A stretch of DNA of 64,000 nucleotides from an uncultured Alphaproteobacteria bacterium (GTDB lineage: Bacteria; Pseudomonadota; Alphaproteobacteria; RF32; CAG-239), in NCBI GenBank assembly GCA_934270475.1, contig CAKQPS010000003.1:30261-94260 (forward strand). The letters are read 5' to 3'. This document shows positions 49,703-59,200 of the stretch, piece by piece; within the stretch, counting starts at the first letter, position 1; every line of letters begins with the position of its first letter. The position numbers and the translations under genes are program-made. Below the pieces are notes generated by a model. That model was not told the DNA's origin. It made no database searches and was given only the letters and a program-made list of their open reading frames with translations.

Positions 49703-49884
49703 TTTTATTACCTAATTTTACAATTTAATTTTTTATAGCCGTATACCAGAATAAAATCAAGTTTCTTTACTTTTGTACATGCTTATATAACATCTATTGT
49801 AAACGATTATTAACATTTAGCTGTTAAAATATCTTGACATTTAAAAGGAAATATATTATGATTTCTATAAAAGAGAGGTCTACT

Positions 49885-50658
49885 ATGGTTAGCATTTTAA
49901 AAACATTAAGAGAAAAAGAAAACATTTCTCAAGATGATTTGGCATCAGAATTAGGAATTACGCGCCAAACATTAGGTAAATACGAAAATGAGGAAACACC
50001 TTTTCCCTTAGAAACCATTAAAAAACTGGCAAAGATTTTTAATGTTGATTATTCGTGCTTTATCGATAATCGTATGCCAACAACACCGGAATACAATATT
50101 GTTAGTAAACCTAATACTAAACCAAAACAAGATATTCGTATAGATATTCCTCAAGAAAATATTTCTAAATTTAAGCAGGTTTTATTGTACATATTAAATA
50201 AAGTTGGCGCAAAACCAAATGTTGGTCAAACAGTTATCTATAAACTGCTCTATTTTATAGATTTTGATTACTATGAGCTATTTGAAGAACAGCTTATGGG
50301 GTTAAAGTATATTAAAAACACTTATGGCCCTACACCTGTTGACTTTGCAAAACTAATCAAGGAAATGGAAAAAGATGGTGAGCTAGAGGAAATAAAAACA
50401 AAATATTTCAATAAGGACCAAACAAAATATTTGCCGATTAAGGAACCGGATTTAACGATTTTATCTGCTCAAGAACTAAAACACATCGATAAAGAGCTTG
50501 AGCGTTTATCTGATATGACGGGATCAGAATTATCGGCTTACTCCCATAAAGACATTCCATGGATTGGCGCAGATATGGGAGATGTTTTAGATTACGAAGC
50601 TGTTTTTTACAGAAATGATGAGACTTCACGTCGGGAGTATGCGGACGAAAATGATTAA
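49885..50658 (+). CDS. XRE-family HTH fused to a DUF4065 (Panacea / SocA-like) antitoxin domain
   Basis: HTH: LKTLREKENISQDDLASELGITRQTLGKYENEE. C-terminal: VIYKLLYFIDFDYYELFEEQLMGLKYIKNTYGPTPVDF is typical of DUF4065. Alternative ATG at 49858. Confidence 0.75.
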   Translation: MVSILKTLREKENISQDDLASELGITRQTLGKYENEETPFPLETIKKLAKIFNVDYSCFIDNRMPTTPEYNIVSKPNTKPKQDIRIDIPQENISKFKQVLLYILNKVGAKPNVGQTVIYKLLYFIDFDYYELFEEQLMGLKYIKNTYGPTPVDFAKLIKEMEKDGELEEIKTKYFNKDQTKYLPIKEPDLTILSAQELKHIDKELERLSDMTGSELSAYSHKDIPWIGADMGDVLDYEAVFYRNDETSRREYADEND

Positions 50659-51025
50659 CTACGTGACTATTCCCGAATTTAATAAAGATTTCAAATCATT
50701 ATTAAAGCGCTTTAAATCTTTGGAAAAAGACTTTGAAAATATGAAAAAATATACGTTGGAAACCTATTATGAAAAAGGTCAGCCAACAACCGCTTTTGTT
50801 CCGATAGAAGGTTTTTGTTCCGAGAATTATACTTCTAATAAAGTTCGTAAATTTTCGTGTATGACACTGAAAGGACGCGGAGCCGCTTCCGGCATTCGTG
50901 TTATTTTTGTGTGGAAAGAAAGCAAAAGACAAGTAACCTTTATTGAAATGTATTTCAAAGGCGACAAAGAAAACGAAGATAGAGAGCGTTTAGGTAATTT
51001 CATTCAAACTATAGAGGAAAATTGA
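50651..51025 (+). CDS. Putative toxin partner, RelE/ParE-superfamily-like
   Basis: Start overlaps the antitoxin stop by 8 nt. The patterns FNKDFKSLLKRFKSLEKDF...GIRVIFVW...VTFIEMYFKGDKENEDRERL resemble RelE/HigB-type mRNA interferases. Confidence 0.5.
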   Translation: MINYVTIPEFNKDFKSLLKRFKSLEKDFENMKKYTLETYYEKGQPTTAFVPIEGFCSENYTSNKVRKFSCMTLKGRGAASGIRVIFVWKESKRQVTFIEMYFKGDKENEDRERLGNFIQTIEEN

Positions 51026-51046
51026 GGTATTTTGCAGGAGAATATA

Positions 51047-52804
51047 ATGTCAAATGAAGCGTTTAAAGAAGTTGGAAAAAATTTACAAGAAAAAGCAACG
51101 GTAATTTGGAATATTGCCAACCACTTGGCTGGACCGTTCAAACCACACGAATACGGCTTAGTTATCTTGCCGATGACGATTGTCAAGCGTTTTCATGACT
51201 GTTTATTACCACATTATGATGAGATGCAGGCAAAATATGAGCAAGTTAAAAAATTTGAAGTTATCGATGGCTTTATGTGTAAAGCAAGCCACTACCAATT
51301 TTATAACACCAGTAAATTCACGTTTGAAAAGTTATTAGCCGACCCCGCGCACATTGAATCCAACTTTAAGTCTTATTTGAATGGATTTTCGCAAAATGTT
51401 CAGGATGTTTTAGCAAAATTTGAATTTGAAAATATTATCAAACGCATGGTGGAATCTGATACGCTTTATTGGGTTATCAAAGAATTTAATACTGCTAATG
51501 GCTATTTAGGACCGGATAAAATTACGGCGGTTGACTGCGGTTATATTTTTGAAGACCTTGTTCGCCGATTTTCAGAATCTTATGATGAGGAAGCCGGAGC
51601 ACACTTTACCAGCCGCGATATCATTTATTTGATGACAGACCTTCTTCTAACCGATGCCAACTTGCGTGATGAAAACATCTCGGTTTATGATATGACAATG
51701 GGAACAAGCCAGATGTTGTCTTGTATGGAAGAGCGCATTAAACAGCTTAATGCTGATGCTGTTGTTACTTGCTTTGGGCAAGAATTTAACCCATCAACAT
51801 TTGCCATTGCCAAGGCAGATATGCTTATCCGTGGTGGTGAGGCAAACAATATGCGCTATGGCGATACTCTTTCGGATGATAAATTCAAAGGATTTAAGTT
51901 CAAATACCTGATTTCTAATCCGCCGTTTGGTATTGATTGGAAAAAAGAGCAAAAAGCCATAGAAGCTGAACATAACCTCGGCAAAGAAGGACGTTTTGAA
52001 CCGGGATTACCGAAAATTTCTGATGGACAGCAACTATTTATGCTTAACGGCATTGCAAAAATGGCAGATGACGGCAGAATGGCTATCATTCAAAACGGAT
52101 CGCCATTATTTAGCGGCGATGCCGGTTCCGGTCCGTCTGAAATCCGTCGTTATATCTTAGAGAATGACTGGCTTGAAGCTATCGTCCAGCTTTCTAATGA
52201 CCAATTTATGAACACCGGTATTGCAACCTATGTTTGGGTTTTAAATAAAAACAAGCCCGCGCGTAAACAAGGTAAAGTTCAACTAATTGACGCTAGCCAC
52301 TGTTTTGAACCACGTCGCAAATCTATCGGTAACAAGCGTAACGATATTACCGATAAATGCCGCAACATCATCGTGACCACCTTTGGAGAATTTAAAAACG
52401 ATAAAATTTATGGCGATGAGAATGGTATTTATTGTGAAAGCAAAATTTTCAGCACCTTTGACTTTGGCTACCAAAAAATAGTCGTGGAACAGCCACAAAA
52501 AGATGAAAATGGCCAAATTATCATAAAGAAAGGCAAACCGGTTGCTGATACAAATCTGCGAGATACCGAAAATGTGCCGATGAACGAAGACATAAATGAT
52601 TATTTTGAGCGTGAAGTTAAACCTTATGCTCCGGAAGCCTGGATAGATGCTAATAAAACCAAAATCGGTTATGAAATCCCGATGACACGTTATTTTTATA
52701 AGTATCAGGCACCTGAAAAGACATCAGATATTATCGGACGCTTAAATATTCTTGAAACCGACATTACTAACTCGCTGAAACGCTTGTTTCCTAAGGGAGA
52801 ATAA
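51047..52804 (+). CDS. hsdM: Type I restriction-modification system methyltransferase subunit
   Basis: HsdM N-terminal domain and NPPFG catalytic motif (YLISNPPFGIDWKK). The C-terminal segment EIPMTRYFYKY is typical of HsdM. AGGAG RBS precedes the ATG at 51047. Confidence 0.93.
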   Translation: MSNEAFKEVGKNLQEKATVIWNIANHLAGPFKPHEYGLVILPMTIVKRFHDCLLPHYDEMQAKYEQVKKFEVIDGFMCKASHYQFYNTSKFTFEKLLADPAHIESNFKSYLNGFSQNVQDVLAKFEFENIIKRMVESDTLYWVIKEFNTANGYLGPDKITAVDCGYIFEDLVRRFSESYDEEAGAHFTSRDIIYLMTDLLLTDANLRDENISVYDMTMGTSQMLSCMEERIKQLNADAVVTCFGQEFNPSTFAIAKADMLIRGGEANNMRYGDTLSDDKFKGFKFKYLISNPPFGIDWKKEQKAIEAEHNLGKEGRFEPGLPKISDGQQLFMLNGIAKMADDGRMAIIQNGSPLFSGDAGSGPSEIRRYILENDWLEAIVQLSNDQFMNTGIATYVWVLNKNKPARKQGKVQLIDASHCFEPRRKSIGNKRNDITDKCRNIIVTTFGEFKNDKIYGDENGIYCESKIFSTFDFGYQKIVVEQPQKDENGQIIIKKGKPVADTNLRDTENVPMNEDINDYFEREVKPYAPEAWIDANKTKIGYEIPMTRYFYKYQAPEKTSDIIGRLNILETDITNSLKRLFPKGE

Positions 52805-52815
52805 GGACTATAAAA

Positions 52816-53727
52816 ATGGGCAACGATTTAAAAAAGAAAGAAAATTTTCCGCAAATACCACTTTTCGATGACTTGCAAAAAATTTCACAAGCCATTGATA
52901 CTTTTATGACTCCTATATTAAAAACCGTACAAAAATTTGCTGATACAGTTCAACCTATTGTTGAAAAGGCTGGAATAGCTTTTTTAGATTATATAGATAC
53001 AATCCAATTAAAATCAGAGTTAGTAAGAAATTACTGGATTATCATGGATGAAAAATTGCTAAAACTTTTGAAAGATAGCAATAAAAGAAACATACAAGAC
53101 ATTGAACAGATTATTATTGATTACTATAAAGAAAATAACTTTTCCAATCTCAAAGAACTTTTTGAACCCTACAGAGAAAATAAAACATTTGCCAACAGGT
53201 TTCCTGTTATAGATAGCTGTATAACGGTTCTTAAGGATAATTCTTTAGGAGTATCATCTTATGTTGTAATTCCAACTCTTTTGAGCCAAATTACGGGAAT
53301 ATATGATGCTTTTCCAAAGTTGGTTCCTGAACAACAAAAAAAAGAAATCAAAAAACAACTTAATGAAAATAGTAAAAAAATTATCTGTCCTTTAAGTGCT
53401 GATGGCAAGAAACCTTCAAATTGTGAGTTTGTTGCTCAAGGAAATGCTAAAATTAATAAAGACATTTTTGAGCGGTATATGATGGAAAAGGTATCCTATG
53501 GCGTTTATTATAATTACAAAGAAGTCATAGCAAATACATTCAAAAATGGTAAGCAAGTAGATAAAATACAAGATGATATGAGAAAGAAAGGTGTATTCCG
53601 GCATAAAATTTTGCATGGTATTGATATACAATATAATTCAAGCGAAAATGTCGTTAAATGCTTTATGGAGTTGGCGTTTCTGATGAAAATGTACACTCAG
53701 CTTTCAGAGGAGAATACTAATGACTAG
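52816..53727 (+). CDS. Hypothetical protein embedded between hsdM and hsdS; C-terminal Rx4H (HEPN-like) motif
   Basis: 303 aa, 11 nt after hsdM and overlapping hsdS by 8 nt. FRHKILHG lies at 53596-53619, followed by a helix (ENVVKCFMELAFLMKMY). Confidence 0.6.
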   Translation: MGNDLKKKENFPQIPLFDDLQKISQAIDTFMTPILKTVQKFADTVQPIVEKAGIAFLDYIDTIQLKSELVRNYWIIMDEKLLKLLKDSNKRNIQDIEQIIIDYYKENNFSNLKELFEPYRENKTFANRFPVIDSCITVLKDNSLGVSSYVVIPTLLSQITGIYDAFPKLVPEQQKKEIKKQLNENSKKIICPLSADGKKPSNCEFVAQGNAKINKDIFERYMMEKVSYGVYYNYKEVIANTFKNGKQVDKIQDDMRKKGVFRHKILHGIDIQYNSSENVVKCFMELAFLMKMYTQLSEENTND

Positions 53728-55030
53728 GGCTATGAAAGATAGCGGTGTTGAATGGATCGGTGAAATTCCTGAAAATTGGGAAACCGTCAGAACAAAAAAT
53801 GTGGCAACATTATCCAATGGCAATAGCATAAAAGACGACGAAAAATCACAGTATGAGGATTCGACTGATGCCATTCCTTATATTTCAACCAAAGATATTG
53901 ATAGCCTTCATAACATAGATTATTGCAATGGAATGTATGTAAAAAATGATGATTCTAATTTTAAGGTCGCTCATAAAAATTCAATACTTATGTGCATTGA
54001 AGGCGGAAGTGCCGGTATAAAAAAAGCCAAATTAAAACAGGATGTTTGCTTTGTAAATAAACTATGTTGCTTTGAACCTAAGTCGGTAGACTCAGATTAT
54101 TTGTATTATTTCTTAAATAGTCCAAAATATGAGGATCACTTCAAGAGTTTAATGTCAGGTCTAATTGGTGGAGTTAGTATTTCAGATCTTAAAAACATAA
54201 ACTGCACTCTCCCCCCATTATCTGAGCAACAGAAGATTGCGGATTTTTTGGATGAGAAATGCGGGGCGATTGATGAAATTATCAGCAAAACCGAACAATC
54301 TATTGAAGAATATAAAAAGCTAAAGCAATCTGTTATCACTGAGGCTGTAACTAAAGGTGTCCGCCCAAACCGCCCAATGCAAGATAGTAACATTGAGTGG
54401 ATCGGTGAAATTCCACAAAATTGGAGCGTTATAAAACTACGGTATCTTTATCGGTGCCAAAATGGAATAAGCAAATCAGCAGAATTTTTTGGTAAGGGAT
54501 TTCCCTTCGTCTCATATAAAGACGTCTACAATAATGATGTACTACCAGAAACTGTTTCCGGCCTATGTGATGCAACTGAAGAGGAATTAAACAGATATTC
54601 TGTAAAACAAGGAGATATCTTTTTCACAAGAACATCGGAAACAATTGAAGAGATTGGTTTAACATCCATCTGCCTAAATTCATTTGAAAATGCAACATTT
54701 GCAGGATTTTTGATAAGGTGTCGTCCATATACAACAAAATTGGATTTTGAATATTCAAAATACTACATGGCAAGTTCTCATTTGCGCTTATATTTTGTAA
54801 AAGAAATGAATTTAGTTACAAGAGCTTCTCTTAGTCAAGAATTATTAAAGGATTTACAAGTTTTAATTCCACCGCTTGATGAGCAAAAAGAGATTGCTGA
54901 CTATTTGGATGAAAAGTGTGCTGAAATTGATACCTTAATCGAAAAGAAACAACAATTCTTGTCCGAAATGGCAAACTACAGAAAATCTTTAATTTATGAA
55001 TACGTTACCGGCAAAAAGGAGGTTGCATAA
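53720..55030 (+). CDS. hsdS: Type I restriction-modification system specificity subunit
   Basis: Two target-recognition halves, each starting with EWIGEIP(E/Q)NW. Each ends in the conserved helix PPL(S/D)EQ(Q/K)(K/E)IADxLDEKC(G/A)xID. Confidence 0.93.
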   Translation: MTRAMKDSGVEWIGEIPENWETVRTKNVATLSNGNSIKDDEKSQYEDSTDAIPYISTKDIDSLHNIDYCNGMYVKNDDSNFKVAHKNSILMCIEGGSAGIKKAKLKQDVCFVNKLCCFEPKSVDSDYLYYFLNSPKYEDHFKSLMSGLIGGVSISDLKNINCTLPPLSEQQKIADFLDEKCGAIDEIISKTEQSIEEYKKLKQSVITEAVTKGVRPNRPMQDSNIEWIGEIPQNWSVIKLRYLYRCQNGISKSAEFFGKGFPFVSYKDVYNNDVLPETVSGLCDATEEELNRYSVKQGDIFFTRTSETIEEIGLTSICLNSFENATFAGFLIRCRPYTTKLDFEYSKYYMASSHLRLYFVKEMNLVTRASLSQELLKDLQVLIPPLDEQKEIADYLDEKCAEIDTLIEKKQQFLSEMANYRKSLIYEYVTGKKEVA

Positions 55031-56112
55031 TGGATTTTGATGCAATTACCATAGATACCAGTATCTTTGAGGCTTATGGAGCAGAACTAGAAAACGGAAT
55101 ATTAAATAGTATTAAGACGTTTACTAAAAATAAAATAGAAATTGTTATCCCGGATATTATAGAAAAAGAGATACTGTCTCACTTAATTAAGAAAACACAA
55201 GAAAGTCGAAATTCTGCTTACGGCAAATTAAGAGAGCTTAAAAAATATAATTTGTTGAGTGAAACAGAAGTAAATAATTTAATCCATTTACTGGAACAAA
55301 ATAACGTTTTTGATATTGTTAATTGCAGATGGAATGTTTATAAAAAATTAAACAAAATACACATTTTATCAAGTAATAATGTTTTACTAAACGAAGTTAT
55401 ACAAGATTATTTTGATGAAAAACCACCTTTTTCGGAAAAGAAAAAGTATGAATTTCCTGATTCAATTGCATTGAAGACACTTAAAAATTGGGCTGAAACT
55501 AATAATAAAAAAACATTATGTTTTTCGACCGATGGTGATTGGGAAAATTATATAAATGGCGTAGAAAATTTGCGTTATAGTAAGGATATTAGCGGTATTT
55601 TAGGAGAATTAAATAAGGACATACAATTAAGTGATATTGTTAAATTAAAAATAAGTATTGTGTTAACAGCTATTGAGTGTTCGGACATAGGGTTGGAAGC
55701 AGATAAAGAATCGCATCTATGGGAGTCATTCTTTGAGAAAATTGAGCAAATTGTAGAACGAAAAGGTGTCACATTTGGTGGTAATATCAATTTCTATGGT
55801 TCAATAAGTGATTATTCTGTGGGTTTATCTTCTTTCACTTTTCCTAATCATTCGTACGAAATTTTATCTTATGACAATAAAGAAGATGTTATAGATATTT
55901 TAATTCCTATAACTTTAGAATATTTTATTCAAATTGAAGCACAATCAGCAGAAAATAATACTAAGACTGTGTGTTTTCCAGATATTGAGTGTTCTTTTGA
56001 TACCAAAGCTATTATTCAAATGGATTTTAAGACAAAAGAAATTATACAAAATGTAGAAATAACAAGTAGTGTTTTACCTGTAAACTTGGATTTAATAAAA
56101 AACAGTTGGTAA
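55030..56112 (+). CDS. PIN-like domain protein (DUF4935-like) embedded between hsdS and hsdR
   Basis: N-terminal ITIDTSIF followed by IVIPDIIEKEI, FPDSIALKTL and FSTDGDW. This spaced acidic-residue series is as expected for a PIN fold. The start overlaps the hsdS stop (TAATG). Confidence 0.55.
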   Translation: MDFDAITIDTSIFEAYGAELENGILNSIKTFTKNKIEIVIPDIIEKEILSHLIKKTQESRNSAYGKLRELKKYNLLSETEVNNLIHLLEQNNVFDIVNCRWNVYKKLNKIHILSSNNVLLNEVIQDYFDEKPPFSEKKKYEFPDSIALKTLKNWAETNNKKTLCFSTDGDWENYINGVENLRYSKDISGILGELNKDIQLSDIVKLKISIVLTAIECSDIGLEADKESHLWESFFEKIEQIVERKGVTFGGNINFYGSISDYSVGLSSFTFPNHSYEILSYDNKEDVIDILIPITLEYFIQIEAQSAENNTKTVCFPDIECSFDTKAIIQMDFKTKEIIQNVEITSSVLPVNLDLIKNSW

Positions 56113-56131
56113 TCGATTAGGAGGTCGTATC

Positions 56132-59100
56132 ATGGCAATAACTGAAACAAAAGAAAAGAATTTTGAAGCCGATATTGAGAGTTATTTTATCTCAGAAGCT
56201 GGAGGTTACACCAAAGGCAATGCCATTTATGATCCTTCTTGTGCCTTGTTCAAGGACACTTTTATTGAGTTTATCAAAAAAACTCAACCAAAAGCATGGA
56301 AAAAGTTTGAGTTTGCCTATGGAAACAACACCGAGAAAAAATTTATAACTTTCTTCAATGATGCTGTGGAACGTGACGGCATCTTAAAAGTGATGCGCAA
56401 AGGCTTCAAATGTGGTGGTGTTGACTTCAAGGCATGTTATTTTAAGCCGGAATCGACCTTAAATGAGGATGATATAGCTCTTTATAACAGTAATATTTGG
56501 CACTGCTACCGCCAATGGTTTTTCTCCGCAGACAATAATAAATCCGTTGATATGGTTTTGGTATTAAACGGTATACCTTTATTTGCATTTGAGCTTAAAA
56601 ACCAACTAACCGGCCAAGATATTCGTAATGCCGAACACCAGTGGTGCTATGACCGTAATCCGCGTGAATTATGCTTTCGCTTTAATAGCCGAATTTTAGC
56701 TTTCTTCTGCGTGGATTTGCGCCAAGCATCTATGGCCACCAAATTAAACGGTGAAAAAACATTTTTCTTACCATTTAACCAAGGCTCCAATGGTGCGGGC
56801 AATGATGGTGGCGCTGGCAACCCGGCAAATCCGGATGGTTACATGACAAGTTATATATGGGAAAATGTATTCCAGCGTGAATCAATGATGGATATTTTGC
56901 AAAAGTTCATCAACTTGGAAATTACGGAAGAAAAGAAAAAAGGTGGAAAAACCGAAACAAAGAAAACCCTTATATTTCCGAGATATCATCAGTTGGATGT
57001 TGTGCGTAAATTGGTAGCAGATGTTACCGAAAATGGAGCCGGTAAAAGCTATTTAATTGAACATAGTGCCGGTTCCGGTAAATCAAACTCTATTTCTTGG
57101 GTTGCTTATCGTTTAGCCACGATTTTTAAGAAAAACAATGATCCTCTTTTCAAAAGCGTTATCATTGTGACAGACCGCCGCGTATTGGACCAACAGCTAC
57201 AAAACACCGTTGACGGAATGGATCATCTACCGGGATTTGTTGAAACGATTGATAAAGATAAGCATGCTAAAGATTTGAAAACGGCAATTAATGACGGGGC
57301 AAGAATTATTGTAACCACATTGCAGAAGTTTCCGGTGATATATAAGGAAATAGAAGAGGCTCACGGCAAAAATTTTGCGATTATTTGCGATGAAGCGCAT
57401 TCTAGCCAAACAGGCTCTGCCGCCGCAAAATTAAAAATTGCCCTAGCAGATGATGTAGACGCTTTGCGCCAATATGCAGAGTTGGAGGAAAAATCTGAAG
57501 AAGAAATTGATAAAGAAGATCCAATTTTGAAAGAACTTCTAAAGCAGGGTAAGCACAAAAACTTGTCTTATTTTGCCTTTACCGCCACGCCAAAGCCAAA
57601 AACATTAGAGATTTTTGGTTCAGAAGATAGCAACGGGCAGTTTCATCCATTTCACATCTATTCAATGCGCCAAGCTATTGAAGAAGGATTTATTATGGAT
57701 GTTCTGCAAAACTATATGACATATAAAACCTGTTACGCCATTGCTAATAAAACTAAAGATAATCCGGAGGTAAAAGGAATAACTGCCGCTCGTATTATTA
57801 AAAAATATGCCGATTTGCACCCATATAACATTTCATCTAAGGTACAAATTATTATCGAAACTTTCAAAGATATCACTAGCAAAGCTATTGGTGGTAAAGG
57901 TAAAATGATGATTGTGGCGTCTTCTCGTTTAGCCGCAGTTCGCTATTTGCAAGAAATGCGCCGTTATTTGGAAGATATGAAACAAGGACCAAATGCAAAA
58001 GATTATGAAAATATAGATGTTTTGGTTGCATTTTCCGGAACAGTTAAAGATGGTGGCGTTGAATATACAGAGCCACAATTAAATGTTAGAAAAGATGGTA
58101 CTCACATCAGTGAAACACAGTTAAAAAGTGACTTTCATGATGATTTCAATGTGTTAGTCGTGGCCGAAAAATATCAAACAGGTTTCGATGAACCGTTGCT
58201 TCATACAATGATAGTAGATAAGAAACTCAAAGGTGTAAAGGCCGTTCAAACACTGTCGCGCTTAAATCGTGTATGCCCGGGAAAAACGGATACGTTTATT
58301 TTGGATTTTATCAATACGGCTGATGAAATTAAAAAAGCTTTTGAGCCATTCTATACCGAAACCTTCTTAAAAGAATCAATCAATACAGATTTGATATTTG
58401 AGGTTCAAGCAAAAATTGCTGAAGCAAATGTATATAATGAAGCCAATGTAGAGGAATTTGCTAAATTCTATTACAGTGAGGGAACACAATCTGATAAGGA
58501 TTTAGGTAAAATCGCAAGTATGCTTGAGCCTGCTGTGGAGAAATATAGTAAATTAGAGGAAGTTGAAAGATTTGATTTCCGTCGTAATGTTCGTAACCTT
58601 GTTAAATGGTACAATTATATTTCACAAATTAACCGCTTATTTAATGAACAATTGCATAAAGAGGTACTTTATGCCAACGCTTTGAGCAAATTCTTATCCG
58701 AAGATTTGGATCCGGTTGTTGATATTAAAAACAAGCTGAAGCTGGAATATTATAAACTCAAAGAAGTATTTAAGGGCTCCATTTCTTTGGCTGAAGGTAA
58801 AGGCGAAAGTTCTGTTGGAGGCAAAGTTGGTCAAGTTCCAGATCCGGCTTTATTAGATCCATTAAATGAAGTAATTAAGCGGATTAACGAACAGTTTGGT
58901 ATTGATTTAACAGAGGCAGACAAAGTAATTTATAATTCCATCCACGATAAATTGATGGCTGATAAAAAATTACAAAAACTCATAAAATCAAGCAAAGATG
59001 ATGAAGAGAAGATTTTCGCATCATCTATTTTTCCTAAATTCTTCGGAGAAGCGGCAAATGCTGGATTTGATGAGCAAGTAGAAGCCTATAACTCATTATT

Positions 59101-59188
59101 TGAAGATAAAAACAAATATAAAGCTATGATGGCAGTTCTAGCCACACAGTTGTTTAAGGAAGTTAGAGAACAAATAAGAGAAGGTTAA
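56132..59188 (+). CDS. hsdR: Type I restriction enzyme R subunit (HsdR, endonuclease/helicase)
   Basis: N-terminal PD-(D/E)xK region (VDMVLVLNGIPLFAFELKN). SF2 motor motifs SAGSGKS, ICDEAHSSQTG, FTATP and QTLSRLNR. 1018 aa. Confidence 0.93.
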   Translation: MAITETKEKNFEADIESYFISEAGGYTKGNAIYDPSCALFKDTFIEFIKKTQPKAWKKFEFAYGNNTEKKFITFFNDAVERDGILKVMRKGFKCGGVDFKACYFKPESTLNEDDIALYNSNIWHCYRQWFFSADNNKSVDMVLVLNGIPLFAFELKNQLTGQDIRNAEHQWCYDRNPRELCFRFNSRILAFFCVDLRQASMATKLNGEKTFFLPFNQGSNGAGNDGGAGNPANPDGYMTSYIWENVFQRESMMDILQKFINLEITEEKKKGGKTETKKTLIFPRYHQLDVVRKLVADVTENGAGKSYLIEHSAGSGKSNSISWVAYRLATIFKKNNDPLFKSVIIVTDRRVLDQQLQNTVDGMDHLPGFVETIDKDKHAKDLKTAINDGARIIVTTLQKFPVIYKEIEEAHGKNFAIICDEAHSSQTGSAAAKLKIALADDVDALRQYAELEEKSEEEIDKEDPILKELLKQGKHKNLSYFAFTATPKPKTLEIFGSEDSNGQFHPFHIYSMRQAIEEGFIMDVLQNYMTYKTCYAIANKTKDNPEVKGITAARIIKKYADLHPYNISSKVQIIIETFKDITSKAIGGKGKMMIVASSRLAAVRYLQEMRRYLEDMKQGPNAKDYENIDVLVAFSGTVKDGGVEYTEPQLNVRKDGTHISETQLKSDFHDDFNVLVVAEKYQTGFDEPLLHTMIVDKKLKGVKAVQTLSRLNRVCPGKTDTFILDFINTADEIKKAFEPFYTETFLKESINTDLIFEVQAKIAEANVYNEANVEEFAKFYYSEGTQSDKDLGKIASMLEPAVEKYSKLEEVERFDFRRNVRNLVKWYNYISQINRLFNEQLHKEVLYANALSKFLSEDLDPVVDIKNKLKLEYYKLKEVFKGSISLAEGKGESSVGGKVGQVPDPALLDPLNEVIKRINEQFGIDLTEADKVIYNSIHDKLMADKKLQKLIKSSKDDEEKIFASSIFPKFFGEAANAGFDEQVEAYNSLFEDKNKYKAMMAVLATQLFKEVREQIREG

Positions 59189-59200
59189 AGGATTTGAACT

